This document shows positions 11,160 through 21,598 of a stretch of 64,000 nt of DNA, piece by piece. The translations under genes and the position numbers were made by a program. Every line of letters starts with the position of its first letter. Position 1 is the stretch's first letter. Source of the stretch: Fermentimonas sp. (GTDB lineage Bacteria; Bacteroidota; Bacteroidia; Bacteroidales; Dysgonomonadaceae). The stretch is taken from the NCBI GenBank assembly GCA_041859795.1, contig JBFLFV010000010.1, positions 19,648 through 83,647 of the forward strand, written 5' to 3'. A model generated the notes under the pieces. It worked only from the letters and a program-made list of their open reading frames with translations. It had not been told where the DNA came from and did not search any database.

Positions 11160-11909
11160 ATGGCTCGTTATTTCACCTCTTTAGCATTTAATGGCAAAAA
11201 TTATGTTGGATGGCAAATTCAACCTAATGGTATAAGTGTACAGCAAACGTTGCAAGAAGCTTTTTCTACAATTTTAAGAAAAGACATTGAAATTGTTGGT
11301 GCGGGAAGGACCGACTCTGGTGTTCATGCACGAAAAATGACAGCTCATTTTGATATAGATGATGATTTCTTAATTTGTGAAGATTTAATTTTTAAACTTA
11401 ATAATTTTCTTCCAAAGGACATTAAAATACTCTCTATACAAAATGTAAGACCTGATGCACATGCACGCTTTGATGCTATGTCACGTACCTACAGATATTA
11501 TATCACAACAGTAAAAGATCCTTTTTTGCATGAATATACATATAGGGTTCATTTTACACCGGATATTGATATGATGAATAAACTTTCTTTGCAATTATTG
11601 TATTTTAAAGATTTTACCAGCTTTAGTAAAGCACACACCGATGTGAAAACCAATATTTGTAATATTGAATTTGCAAACTGGGAAAGAAAGAATGAATTAT
11701 ACGTATTCACAATTAGAGCTAATCGTTTTTTACGAAACATGATTAGAGCCATTGTGGGCACTTTACTTGAGGGGGGTAGGGGTCGCTTAGATGAAAAGGG
11801 TTTCAGTAGAATTATTGAAGCTAAGAATAGACAGGTTGCAGGAGACTCAGTACCAGGGCATGCACTTTTCCTTGAGGAAATTATTTATCCGGATGATATC
11901 TGGATTTAA
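11160..11909 (+). CDS. truA: tRNA pseudouridine(38-40) synthase
   Basis: GWQIQPN, GAGRTDSGVHA, NRFLRNMIRAIVG. Confidence 0.97.
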   Translation: MARYFTSLAFNGKNYVGWQIQPNGISVQQTLQEAFSTILRKDIEIVGAGRTDSGVHARKMTAHFDIDDDFLICEDLIFKLNNFLPKDIKILSIQNVRPDAHARFDAMSRTYRYYITTVKDPFLHEYTYRVHFTPDIDMMNKLSLQLLYFKDFTSFSKAHTDVKTNICNIEFANWERKNELYVFTIRANRFLRNMIRAIVGTLLEGGRGRLDEKGFSRIIEAKNRQVAGDSVPGHALFLEEIIYPDDIWI

Positions 11910-12016
11910 TATATAGTAAGCATTCGGTCTTGCCCGTATTTTATTCCAAGCTTTCTTAGATTCTTCCAAAAAACCTTTCAAAAACTTGTAAAACATTCGG
12001 AGACGGTTCGGAGTTT

Positions 12017-12386
12017 TTAGGAGGTTTTTCGTAGATAGTTTAAAGGAAGCAGTTCCGCAAGATCCATCGTGTAGTCCTGGTCATAATCGTGGATATGACT
12101 CAAAACATGCACCATCCAGTCACGGAAGTTCACATCTGCAGCTTTGCAGCATCCAAGTAAAGAGTAGATAACTGCAGCATCTTCTGCAGCGTCATGATTT
12201 CCGCAAAACAGGTAATTTTTCCTTCCCAGTGCCAGACCCCTCAGACTGTTTTCAGCAAGGTTGTTATCTATATGATACCTGCCATCCAGATGATAGCGGC
12301 TTAAACGGTGATAGATGTCATAACAGTATTTTATCGCCTTGCCTATCGGGCTTTTTGGTAATACTTTACCGTATTCATTCACCAGC
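12017..12386 (-). pseudogene. IS66 TnpC transposase, C-terminal fragment
   Basis: NEYGKVLPKSPIGKA...DNNLAENSLR...GRKNYLF, nearly identical to the C-terminus of the 32835 ORF. Confidence 0.92.
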
Positions 12387-12460
12387 TTGATATTCCGGTG
12401 ATATGCACCCAGTGATTCCGGTGATACCCACCCACTGGATAAACTATCAATTTGACAAAG

Positions 12461-13180
12461 TTATCTTTTTTTTCTTAAACTATCTCCTTTTAACTCTATT
12501 CTGTGAGACGTATGGATCACTCTGTCCATAAACGCATCAGCAATAGTTTCATCAGTAAACAGATCAAACCAGTTTGCCGGAGGTATCTGACTGGCTATGA
12601 TGGTCGCTTTGCGGGCATGTCTGTCTTCTATTATTTCCATAAAGTCCAACTGCTGCTGACTGTCCATTGTTCCTATTCCAAAGTCGTCAAAGATCAGTAA
12701 ATCAGTCTTTGCTAGCTTCTCAAGGAAGCGTGTCATTACACCTTCTATCCTGGCTATTTTGATTTTTGACATTAACTTTTGCATACTAAAGTAATTTACA
12801 CTAAACCCCTGTTTGCATGCCTGGTAACCAAACGAAGTGGCAATAAAACTTTTGCCGCATCCGGTTGCACCCGTAATTAATATTGACTCTCCGTTACGGA
12901 TGTAATTGCCTGTTGCCAGAGAGAGTACTTGAGACTTGTTCAGACCCCGTGACGTATCGAAGCTAACTTCCTCAAGAGAAGCCTGATATCTGAACGCTGC
13001 ATTTTTTAATAAACGGGCATATCGTTTGGATTCACGCTGATCTCGCTCACCCTGCAAAAGAAGTCTCAGCCCGTCTTGTAAAGAGAGTTCCTGTATTTTT
13101 CTGCTCTCTTGCAGCATCCCTAAGGTCTCTGCCATACCGGACAGACGTAATGTTATCAGTTCTGATTTAATCTGTTCCAT
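12461..13180 (-). CDS. istB: IS21 helper ATPase IstB
   Basis: GATGCGKS Walker A, LLIFDDFG Walker B, DAFMDRVIH. Confidence 0.95.
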   Translation of the reverse strand: MEQIKSELITLRLSGMAETLGMLQESRKIQELSLQDGLRLLLQGERDQRESKRYARLLKNAAFRYQASLEEVSFDTSRGLNKSQVLSLATGNYIRNGESILITGATGCGKSFIATSFGYQACKQGFSVNYFSMQKLMSKIKIARIEGVMTRFLEKLAKTDLLIFDDFGIGTMDSQQQLDFMEIIEDRHARKATIIASQIPPANWFDLFTDETIADAFMDRVIHTSHRIELKGDSLRKKR

Positions 13181-13222
13181 CGTTTTTTAATATTTGTTTT
13201 TAAGTTAATGTGATGTAGGTAA

Positions 13223-14776
13223 TTAACCCACGTAATACTTTTTACCCCTTATGTTTATGTGTTTAATATTCATATTATTCTGATTATCTTCCTGCCACAT
13301 ATCGTGCAGGTACGCTTTGCTGTCAATAACTCTTTTAATTGACTTCAGAGTCAGGATGTCGTTTTCCAGAGCATAACGGCATACATTTTCAAAGGTCACC
13401 GGATCTGTTCTTCGCTGAAGTGCCAGCAGGCCGTCACATCTCTTGTACATGATCTCGGGTACTTCTACTCCCTTAAAAATAGCAGTAAACAGTTCAGAGA
13501 GAGTATCAGAGTGCCTCCCGGCCTGTCTGATATAAAACTCCGGACTTCGACTCTGATAGAAGTTGTGACTTGAGCTCATGTGCTCTTTGCGTGTAGTGTA
13601 CCCGAAGCCTGCAGAGCGTTTGTGTGTAGCAACACATTCTCCCCTGACATATATGCGAACTAAACTCCGGGTATAAACAATATCCGCCTGCTGACCGATA
13701 TATTGGAAGGGCGCCGAGTAGTAATGTTTATCACGTGCAAGATATATGCAGTTGTTTAAAGCAATCTTTAAGCTGGCGTAATATTTTACCTGGAAAGCAT
13801 CTTTCGGGAGCTCTTTAAGCAGTGGCTTTTCTTCTGCCAGGAACTTTTCTTCTCTGCAGTAATCTTTTTGCTGCTGTCGTGTCTGATTGTGTTCACGTGT
13901 CTTCTCTGCAAAGGCTTGATTTATCTCTTCGATGGAGAAGAATGTATGATGCCTGAGTTTTGCATAAACACGCCTGTAGATGATTTTTACCTCGTTCTCA
14001 ACGGCTGCCTTATCTTTTGGTTTAACCGCCCTGGCAGGTATAACGGCTATGCCGTAATGATTGGCAAAATCTTCCATCAGCCTGTTGAGTTCCGGCTCGA
14101 AACGATCAGCTTTAACTACTGCTGCCTTAAGATTATCGGGTACTATGATTTTTGGAGTACCTCCCAGATGATCTAAACAGCAGGTAAGGGCATGAAGAAA
14201 GTCATCGGTTCTCTGCGAAGGCACTGCCTTTATAAAGGTGTAGTCAGAGTATGGAAGACAGGCTACAAAAACCTGAGCCTTTAATACTTCACCTGTTTCA
14301 CGATCAATGTATGATACTGTGTCACCTGCAAAATCTACCAATAACTTCTCAGCAGGGTTGTAATGTATTATACTTCCCGGTTTACGGGCATTAATAACTT
14401 GCTGCAGATGATAACAGAACTGAGAGTAGCTATATCCTTCAGGATGATCCTGGCGATACTCCTGCCATATAATATATCGGGTTACGTGTCTTTTTTTAAG
14501 CTCTTTCTCGAAGTAGGGAATCATCTCTTTGAACTCATCGAACCGCTCCTGTTTGTAGGCAGGATTACCGGCAAACAAAACACGTTCAAGTTCAGGATCT
14601 TCAAGAGCTAAGAGTTCATCAATACTGTACTGTTGATTTGTTATCTTTTGAACGTAGCTATTGACTGTCCCTTTATATATACCCAGAACGGCCGCAATCT
14701 TGCGGTTTGAAACACCTTGCGCGTGTAAACGCAGTACTTGTTTTACCTTGCTCATACTAGTTATTGTTCCTGCCAT
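13223..14776 (-). CDS. istA: IS21 transposase IstA
   Basis: N-terminal HTH, LLVDFAG, PDNLKAAV, PKDKAAVEN. Confidence 0.95.
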   Translation of the reverse strand: MAGTITSMSKVKQVLRLHAQGVSNRKIAAVLGIYKGTVNSYVQKITNQQYSIDELLALEDPELERVLFAGNPAYKQERFDEFKEMIPYFEKELKKRHVTRYIIWQEYRQDHPEGYSYSQFCYHLQQVINARKPGSIIHYNPAEKLLVDFAGDTVSYIDRETGEVLKAQVFVACLPYSDYTFIKAVPSQRTDDFLHALTCCLDHLGGTPKIIVPDNLKAAVVKADRFEPELNRLMEDFANHYGIAVIPARAVKPKDKAAVENEVKIIYRRVYAKLRHHTFFSIEEINQAFAEKTREHNQTRQQQKDYCREEKFLAEEKPLLKELPKDAFQVKYYASLKIALNNCIYLARDKHYYSAPFQYIGQQADIVYTRSLVRIYVRGECVATHKRSAGFGYTTRKEHMSSSHNFYQSRSPEFYIRQAGRHSDTLSELFTAIFKGVEVPEIMYKRCDGLLALQRRTDPVTFENVCRYALENDILTLKSIKRVIDSKAYLHDMWQEDNQNNMNIKHINIRGKKYYVG

Positions 14777-14844
14777 ACGATTGTGTGATTAGATTTTATA
14801 TCACAATCATATGAAAAAATATTTAACTAGTGGGTGGATATGTC

Positions 14845-16735
14845 GGTTCTTCGTCAAATTTGGTGCAGGTTATCCTGAGTTGGAAAGCACTACCTTTCGT
14901 CTTAACAGTTCAAATCCAGCCCTGCCATACATCTCTCTTTTCTTGTTTTTTAATCTGTTTACGTGACCCTCTACAACTCCATTACTCCAAGGGTATTTAA
15001 TGGCGTTTTTTACTGCTTCCAAATCATGATTAATACCATTTATAAAACTTCTAATCTTTTTTATTTCGGTCGACTTATAATTATCAATCCATTGGTCTAA
15101 TCTGAGTTCATCTTTACTGTTTAAAACCTCTCTAAAAGTGTTGTATGCTTCTCTCATTTGTTTTAGTAGCATAGAGGAGTTAATAATCTCCTCTGCCAAT
15201 ATGTGAGACTTGCTGCACTCGCCTGTTTCTTTTGAAACACCCCATTCACTATTTGTTAAATGAATGGCAAGTCTGTTGGGTGACATTCCGCTAAATCGAG
15301 TTACCTCATAAACTATCGGGGAGGAACTTGGCAATCTTTTCTTACTCTGATATTCCGGGAAGTGCCTGTTGAACCACTGATAAAAGGATGTTTGATTACC
15401 CTTGAATCCCCGTTCTTTTATAGAGACAAATATAGTTCTTACATTTAACCCCTGATTACAACACTCCTTAATCAGATCCATAAAATCTCCATAATTATTA
15501 TAATAGATGGCTGTTCGTGGCAACAACTCTTCCATTTCAAAATAATATCTTACAGTATTACGATTAATGTTTAAAGCCTTGGCAATTGCTCTTTGAGAGT
15601 AGTTGTTGTTTTTAAGCTCATGAATCCTGTTAAACAACTCCTGTTTTCTATGGTTAACACTATTGGTGTGTTTGTTATATTGTGAATCGCTGGTATTTTC
15701 GTTATCTCCACTACTTAAACAGCTGTTATTTTCTTTGCTTTTATAAAGACTCTTCCTGTGAGCCAACCAACTGCTTTTAATGGTTTTATACTCCATTCGT
15801 ATTTCATGTGCTATGTGATCTCCCAGATTTTTCACCAAATGAAACCTGTCGGCTATTTGTGACGCCTTGGATGCCCCAGACTTTATAGCATTAGAATAGC
15901 TGCTTGATCGATCCCTGGTTACATACAGTATGGAGTTATGTTCTTTAAGCCAATCTGCAACCTCCTCTTTGTCTCTACTCTTTAGTAGTTCCACGGGACG
16001 GTGGTTAATCGCATTTACAATAATAGTACCATATGATTTGCCTTTCCTGTATGCCCAGTCATCTATACCGATGGTAGTTAGCTCCTGATAATCGGGCATT
16101 CCTATTGACTTAACTATTCTAAGACAGGTGGAACTGCTCTGTTTTATTGATAAGAGATCGCTTATATACTCACCTTTACGAGAGGAGACCTCAATGAGCA
16201 GCCTTTGTAAATAATGACTTGTGCGCTCTGTTAGTCGAGCGTATTTCTGAGTTAATGGCAGATGTTGCTCAGAGAAAATTGTTTGAGTGCAATTACTATT
16301 ACGACATCTAAACTTTCTGACTTGAAGTATAATTTAACAGCTCTGCCAACTGCAGCAAGATCAGTTAATTTGCGCATATATGATGAGTGAACACTTTTAC
16401 TCCTTTTTCCGCAAGAGGGACATTTTGCAGTCTTGCCTTTAAGACGGGCAGATAGAAGAATCAAATCTTCATTTATAAAGGAATCATAAAATACAACACC
16501 CGGGATTCCAAAAATAGCTTGAAGGGAGTGTTTGTTTATAGAAAAGTTATTATCTTTGGTTTGGCTAGTGTAGTTAATCATCTTTAAAACCTTTAGTTTC
16601 AGAGCTTTAAAGATAATAAAAATGATTCGATTATACTAGCTTTTTGTTATTTATTTACCTGTAAATCTGTATAATAAGTCTGTTTTTTTTGAAGATTTAA
16701 GAACTGTTATTTTGCACCAAATTTGACGAAGAACC
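14845..16735 (-). mobile_element. ISL3 family element nested in the IS21 left end
   Basis: 23-bp perfect IR GGTTCTTCGTCAAATTTGGTGCA; 8-bp TSD GATATGTC at 14837-14844 and 16736-16743. Confidence 0.93.
14870..16581 (-). pseudogene. ISL3 transposase, frameshifted (one base missing near 16322)
   Basis: The N-terminal ORF has the CPSCG Zn ribbon. Restoring one A gives LYFKVRKFRCRN..., in frame with IGIDDWAYRKG, ADRFHLVKN and SNGVVEGHVNRLK. Confidence 0.88.
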
Positions 16736-17057
16736 GATATGTCCCGGAATCCATGAATGATAAAAAACAGTAAGAGCTAAATCTTAAAAGACATTATATC
16801 TGAATATTACATCCTAAAAGTGGGTGCACTTGCTCCGGAATCAGATGATTTTTTACGCTACCTTGCAATGCTGGGTGCATATGCTCCGGAATCTGATGCG
16901 TGCCCTCCTTTTTAGCTCATTTTTGCTCTCTTATTTTATCATTATGAAAGCCTTATTATTGGATATGTAGCAAAATGATTGATTATGGAAGACTTAACTG
17001 TCTTCTTAAATCATTGGATTTTGCCCGGAAAGTGGGTGCATATGGTCCGGATTATCT

Positions 17058-18343
17058 ACCAGCCACTTTTCAAAGACAACCATAATGGGATAAGCGTGTG
17101 TCTCTCGTAACCTAGCTCTCTCCTGGTAAGAAAGATTCTTATCATCAGCCTCTCTTTCTACTTCGTATAGAAGTCCGATTTGCTCAAGAGCATATTCAGC
17201 TCTTTCCCTATCATTTTTGAGCGACTCCTCAAACTTTCTTCTTGCATGAGCCCAGCAACCAAGGGGTAGTACATCTTTTTTGTATTCGTACATTTGGTAT
17301 ACACTGTACCCGTCCGTTTGCATGGCACCTCGGAAGTCTTTAAAAAGGGATAATGCTACCTTCTGTGCTCTTGAGCCATTGTCATAATGGAAGAAGACCT
17401 GCTTGTCTATCACAGAGCGCACCATCCACATGTATCCATTTACGGTTTTATGCTTCTCGTTATTTATTATGGGAACGGTGGTTTCATCCACCTGGATATA
17501 ATCGGTGGCAAGAACTATTTCTTTAAGCCGGTAATATAGTGGTCTCAGCAGATCGGCCGTATCCTTGAACCAATCGTTCACCGTTGGCGGAGGAAGATTT
17601 ACACCCATCTGCTTCATCATCTGTATCTGTCGGTAAAAAGGAAGGTGATTAACGTACTTGTTTATCATCAGTTCCGCCAAGAGTGATGCTCCGGCATAAC
17701 TGCGTGCAATTGGTTGGTATTTTGCAGGAAGTGGTGCAGTTATAATAGAAGAAGAGTTCTGTGAATCCTGTTCAGTTTTGCTTTTTACAACATATTTATG
17801 ACGTATAATCTTCCTTACCCAGCATCTTCCGGGTTCATACTCCATAACTTCAGTAATCTCGGGCTCTAACTCTGTCAATGTATCAGAGTTGTCTTTTACC
17901 TCATCGGGATAAAGATGCTCTTCAACCCGGGGAAGATCTTCAGGTAAAGGTTTACGTACAGGTTTTCTTTTTACACGCTCTTTTACTCGCCTTTCTTTGA
18001 AAGTTTCTATATCTGCTTTGGCTGCTTCTGCAAGTTCTTTTTCTTCAGGTAAAAGGTCTATACCTTCAAAGTCGATCATGCGTTGCCTAGGATCTTCTTT
18101 TATAAAGCGTTCACTGGACTTGCCCCATATCCGACGTCTTAAGTAAGCAACCTGCTTTTCTAAATCAAGGATCTTTTCGTCTTTTTTGGATATGGTTTCC
18201 TCATACGAGGTTTTTAATGCATCAACATCCGTGCGATCTTCAAGCTTACCCTTCAGAAGCATGTTCTCCTGATATAAACGGTCGCATTTCTCCAAGAGGA
18301 GTTCTAAAAGCTCGTTAGTATTTTCTTTGTTTTCTTGCATCAT
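17058..18343 (-). pseudogene. IS66 TnpC transposase, N-terminal fragment
   Basis: IWGKSSE, KYVNHLPFYRQ, IQVDETT, MQTDGY, CWAHARRKF; breaks at KWLV at the IS21 junction. Confidence 0.93.
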
Positions 18344-18421
18344 TAATCTGTTAGATAACGAGAGTAAAGATACAAAAACGGTGCAATATATGCAAGTAAA
18401 AAAGAGACTAAAATCGTTTGT

Positions 18422-18772
18422 TTATGCGCCTTTCCATCGTTTTTTATATTTACATTTTTCAGTTTCAATACCCTGTACCATCAGCATAAGTTTCTGCCAA
18501 GAGAAGGGGTGCGATCTTCCATTTTCATCAAAAGAGGGTAATGTAAAATTACCTTTTTCAAGCTTCATATAATAAATTACAAGCCCACCATGTTCCATGT
18601 GCAGGGCCTTCAAACTGGTGCAATGACGGTTAAGAAAGATGAAAACATCTCCGCTTCGTACACTTTGTCCCATCTGATCCGTGACCAATCCGCTTAATGT
18701 GTAAAAACCTTTACGCATATCGGTAGGTTGTGGATAAAGCCAGTAACGCATTGAGTTGTTAAGGTTAAACAT
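18422..18772 (-). CDS. tnpB: IS66 accessory protein TnpB
   Basis: PTDMRKGF...LSGLV...DVFIFLNR...LEKG motif. This is the IS66 accessory protein, not the IS200/IS605 nuclease. Confidence 0.92.
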   Translation of the reverse strand: MFNLNNSMRYWLYPQPTDMRKGFYTLSGLVTDQMGQSVRSGDVFIFLNRHCTSLKALHMEHGGLVIYYMKLEKGNFTLPSFDENGRSHPFSWQKLMLMVQGIETEKCKYKKRWKGA

Positions 18773-18775
18773 GCT

Positions 18776-19135
18776 TTATTGGGTTAGAAGGATTAAAGAG
18801 CGCAGTTGGTTGATGTCTTCACCAGCTTGGACACGTAATTTAACTCCATTGGGATATACTATTTCAAAAACATCACCGGAAGCAGGGTCAGCATGCTCTT
18901 GTAATAGTTTCTGTTGAGCCTTACTTTTTGTCTGCATTTGCGGAGCTGAACCGGTAAAAACAATCGGTACAAAATCAGAAGGTTGTTCTCTAAGTTGATT
19001 ATGCTCATGTAATTTCTTTTTCCAATAGTAAAACTTAGAATGGAGTATGCACTCATTTGCGCAAAAATCTGTAACAGAAAGACCGCTGGATAGGAAGCGA
19101 TCATAAACTAATTTAAACTGCTGTATTGACCACAT
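18776..19135 (-). CDS. tnpA: IS66 accessory protein TnpA (HTH)
   Basis: SGLSVTDFC...SKFYYWKK...FEIVYPNGVKLRV. Confidence 0.9.
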   Translation of the reverse strand: MWSIQQFKLVYDRFLSSGLSVTDFCANECILHSKFYYWKKKLHEHNQLREQPSDFVPIVFTGSAPQMQTKSKAQQKLLQEHADPASGDVFEIVYPNGVKLRVQAGEDINQLRSLILLTQ

Positions 19136-19202
19136 ATCTTTTTGTGGACAAATATAGAGGAGATTAACAGTTAAAATAAGACGTGGTAGACCGAATGCTT
19201 AC

Positions 19203-19235
19203 ATATGGACTTAATATGGACTTAGTATGGACATA
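19203..19235. repeat. Three tandem 11-bp repeats (ATATGGACTTA)
   Basis: ATATGGACTTA ATATGGACTTA GTATGGACATA, directly abutting the IS66 end. Confidence 0.8.
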
Positions 19236-19312
19236 ATCTATCCCAAATTCGGCTTAAAACTAACGCGATAACCGCTTTTCCTAATCGGAAAATGTCTTTT
19301 GTTATCCCGGTA

Positions 19313-19906
19313 TCATATTTCAAAGAGGAAAGGTTTGTTCAGCAACCGATAATACACATCGACTATCGATGCGTTTGCAAAGAGGGTGTCCTTTTCTTTT
19401 TCCATGCCGTATGCATCATGAATATGTCCGAAAAGATGGTATCGGGGACGGATATCCATTACGGTTTGTAACAAATCACGATCGCCATAATGGATATTGG
19501 CGGAGTTGTCCAGTATGCCATAGGGAGGCTGGTGCGTCATTAGGATATCCGTATCATCGGGTATTTTTTGAAAGCTTTCATCGTAGTTCCCCGAGATTAT
19601 ATCTTCCATGAACAGAGGCATTCCATGGAATTTAAGGCCGTCAATCACCACACTTGAATTGTACAGATAAAAACAGTTCTCGGGTAAACCCTCTATATTT
19701 GCTTCATGGAGGCAGTTATCATGGTTGCCAGCAATAAAAACTTTGTAGGTATAGGGCAGCGACGAAAACCATTGGATAAAATCGAACGCTTCATCTTCTG
19801 AACCGGCAAAGGATATGTCCCCGGAGTGCACGATAACGTCGGCTCGCGGCATATCGCTCAATTGATGATGCTGACCATGGGTATCGGAAATGTGAAGAAT
19901 GCGCAT
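19313..19906 (-). CDS. Calcineurin-like metallophosphoesterase (MPPED-like)
   Basis: ISDTH, HSGDIS, IAGNHD, THQPP and FGHIH metal motifs. Confidence 0.93.
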   Translation of the reverse strand: MRILHISDTHGQHHQLSDMPRADVIVHSGDISFAGSEDEAFDFIQWFSSLPYTYKVFIAGNHDNCLHEANIEGLPENCFYLYNSSVVIDGLKFHGMPLFMEDIISGNYDESFQKIPDDTDILMTHQPPYGILDNSANIHYGDRDLLQTVMDIRPRYHLFGHIHDAYGMEKEKDTLFANASIVDVYYRLLNKPFLFEI

Positions 19907-19909
19907 GGA

Positions 19910-20428
19910 CTATACCGATTCATTGGAACGATGAAACAAAGGAGCGGATAAAGCGATTCGGGCACAGGCCTCCGCATCGGCCAATGCATGATGGTGGTTG
20001 TCTAGGTTATACCCAATATGCTTTGCCACAGTCTTCAATTGATAATTCTGTAAGCCTGGAAAATGCTTCTTTGCCGCTCGACAGGTGCAATGAAATGTAT
20101 AATCGGGATACTCTATTCCGTATAGATCGTGTACGGCCTTTAAACAACCGGAATCGAACGGACTATTATGAGCAATCAGTGGCAAATCCTTTAGTTTAGG
20201 CGAAATCTCCTGCCAAACCTCCGGGAATTCAGCTTCATCAAGCGTGTCGTGATAGGTAAGACCGTGAATCCTGGTCGCCCAGAAGGAGTAAAAATTAGGG
20301 CGAGGACGCACGAGCCGGTAAAACTTATCGACTATTATTTCATTCTCCACAATAACGACTCCAACACTGCAAATGCTGGAGCGATTGTGATTGGCCGTCT
20401 CAAAATCAATCGCCGCGAAAGATTTCAT
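19910..20428 (-). CDS. DEDDh 3'-5' exonuclease
   Basis: AIDFETAN, IAHNSPFD, HHALADAEAC. Confidence 0.93.
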   Translation of the reverse strand: MKSFAAIDFETANHNRSSICSVGVVIVENEIIVDKFYRLVRPRPNFYSFWATRIHGLTYHDTLDEAEFPEVWQEISPKLKDLPLIAHNSPFDSGCLKAVHDLYGIEYPDYTFHCTCRAAKKHFPGLQNYQLKTVAKHIGYNLDNHHHALADAEACARIALSAPLFHRSNESV

Positions 20429-20496
20429 AGTTTATTTTTTATTCAATACAAATTTAGCGTAACAATGTGCTTAGTAGCGGTACGATTATAAAGTTT

Positions 20497-21582
20497 TATG
20501 ATTATCCGCAATAGTTCCTATTATAAATTCTTGATTTGAAATCGGGTGTGTAAGTGAGGGCAGCTACCAGAAGCCGGTCAAACTGCTTCTCACCGAAATA
20601 ACGCCTGTTGAACTTGTAACAGAACTGATTTAGATAATATTGTAAGTATTCGGGTTTCATTTTGTAATATACGCCCAATAATTGTCGCTTGGCATTACTT
20701 ATTGCCGTATGGACCCAGGGCAGGACACTGGGGAGCTCCTTGGGTGGGATGACAGATGCCGTATGCGAATGGACATGTTCTTTTAATTGTGTATAGGAAG
20801 TCGAATCATCGGTGGTTAAATCCGCCGTGTTCTCGATGTGTTCTTTGACATTCTTTGTGATTGTATCGGACTTCAAATCGTTGATTACTTTCATTTTCAG
20901 GTATCTGACCTTCTTTGGTTTCTTGCCTGCTTTTGGACTTTCAACTGTTTTGCTTTCAGCCATTACCAATACTTTGGTCTTTTTCTGACTGCCGCGGCCG
21001 CGTTTCAACGGTTTATCCCTGTCTTCAAGGGATATTTCCGTGGAAAAAGAAGGCATCGTCCAGCTCGATGGCACCTTCAAGTGTGTACTCATCATCACGC
21101 TTGCCCATCACGTCACGCAGCTTATTGACCATTTCCCATATCGGCTGATAGCGCTTGTGTCCTAATTGGCGTTGCAGTTCAGCCGTAGAGAAGGAACCCT
21201 TGGTGGCTGTGAGCAGGTGCATGGCGACGAACCAGTAACGGTAAGGCAGGTTGGAGTGTTGCATGACAGTGCCTGAACGCAGGGTTTGGCGGGCATGGCA
21301 ACTCTTGCATTCATAGGCTTGTTTGTTTTGAAGCCAGTAATGTTCTTTACAATTACAATGACGACAAGTTATACCCATTTGCTCTCTTAGTTCTTTGAAT
21401 TTTTTCCGACAGGACTCCTCATCGGGGTAATTTATGGCAAAATCCAGGATATTCATAGCTCGAATTATTTTATTGTTGATGATGTAAATATAATGAATAT
21501 CAATGAATTGTGCAAACATTTTTGAAACTTATTTATAACTTTTTCTCGCTAAATTCTTTAGGAAGAACTGCGGATAATCATA
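20497..21582 (-). mobile_element. IS1595 family element
   Basis: 14-bp IR TATGATTATCCGCA; 8-bp TSD TAAAGTTT at 20489-20496 and 21583-21590. Confidence 0.9.
20502..21458 (-). pseudogene. IS1595 transposase, +1 frameshift in a T run near 21045
   Basis: MNILDFAINYPDEESC...CRHC...CKSC Zn ribbon; ELDDAFF continues as STE...KRGRGSQKK, LTTDD and YLNQFCYKFNRR in another frame. Confidence 0.88.
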
Positions 21583-21598
21583 TAAAGTTTTATCATTT

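Larger units (their letters stand above)
12387..17057 (-). mobile_element. IS21 family element inserted in IS66 tnpC (contains ISL3)
   Basis: ACCAGC duplicated at 12381-12386 and 17058-17063; imperfect IRs; repeated terminal motif GTGGGTGCATATGCTCCGGAATC (or its reverse complement) at both ends; istAB. Confidence 0.88.
11916..19202 (-). mobile_element. IS66 family element, copy 1 (interrupted by IS21::ISL3)
   Basis: 14-bp perfect terminal IRs and tnpA-tnpB-tnpC order. Subtracting the nested insertion and its duplication leaves 2610 bp, against 2613 bp for copy 2. Confidence 0.93.

Noticed and set aside
18422-18772. TnpB as an RNA-guided (Cas12-ancestor) nuclease
   Set aside because: This is the 116-aa IS66 accessory TnpB, which is unrelated and has no RuvC motifs.
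20467-20483. Possible third WYL operator upstream of the exonuclease (GTGCT-N7-GGTAC)
   Set aside because: It has the right spacing from a -7 box but matches neither motif well (2 of 4 per half-site).
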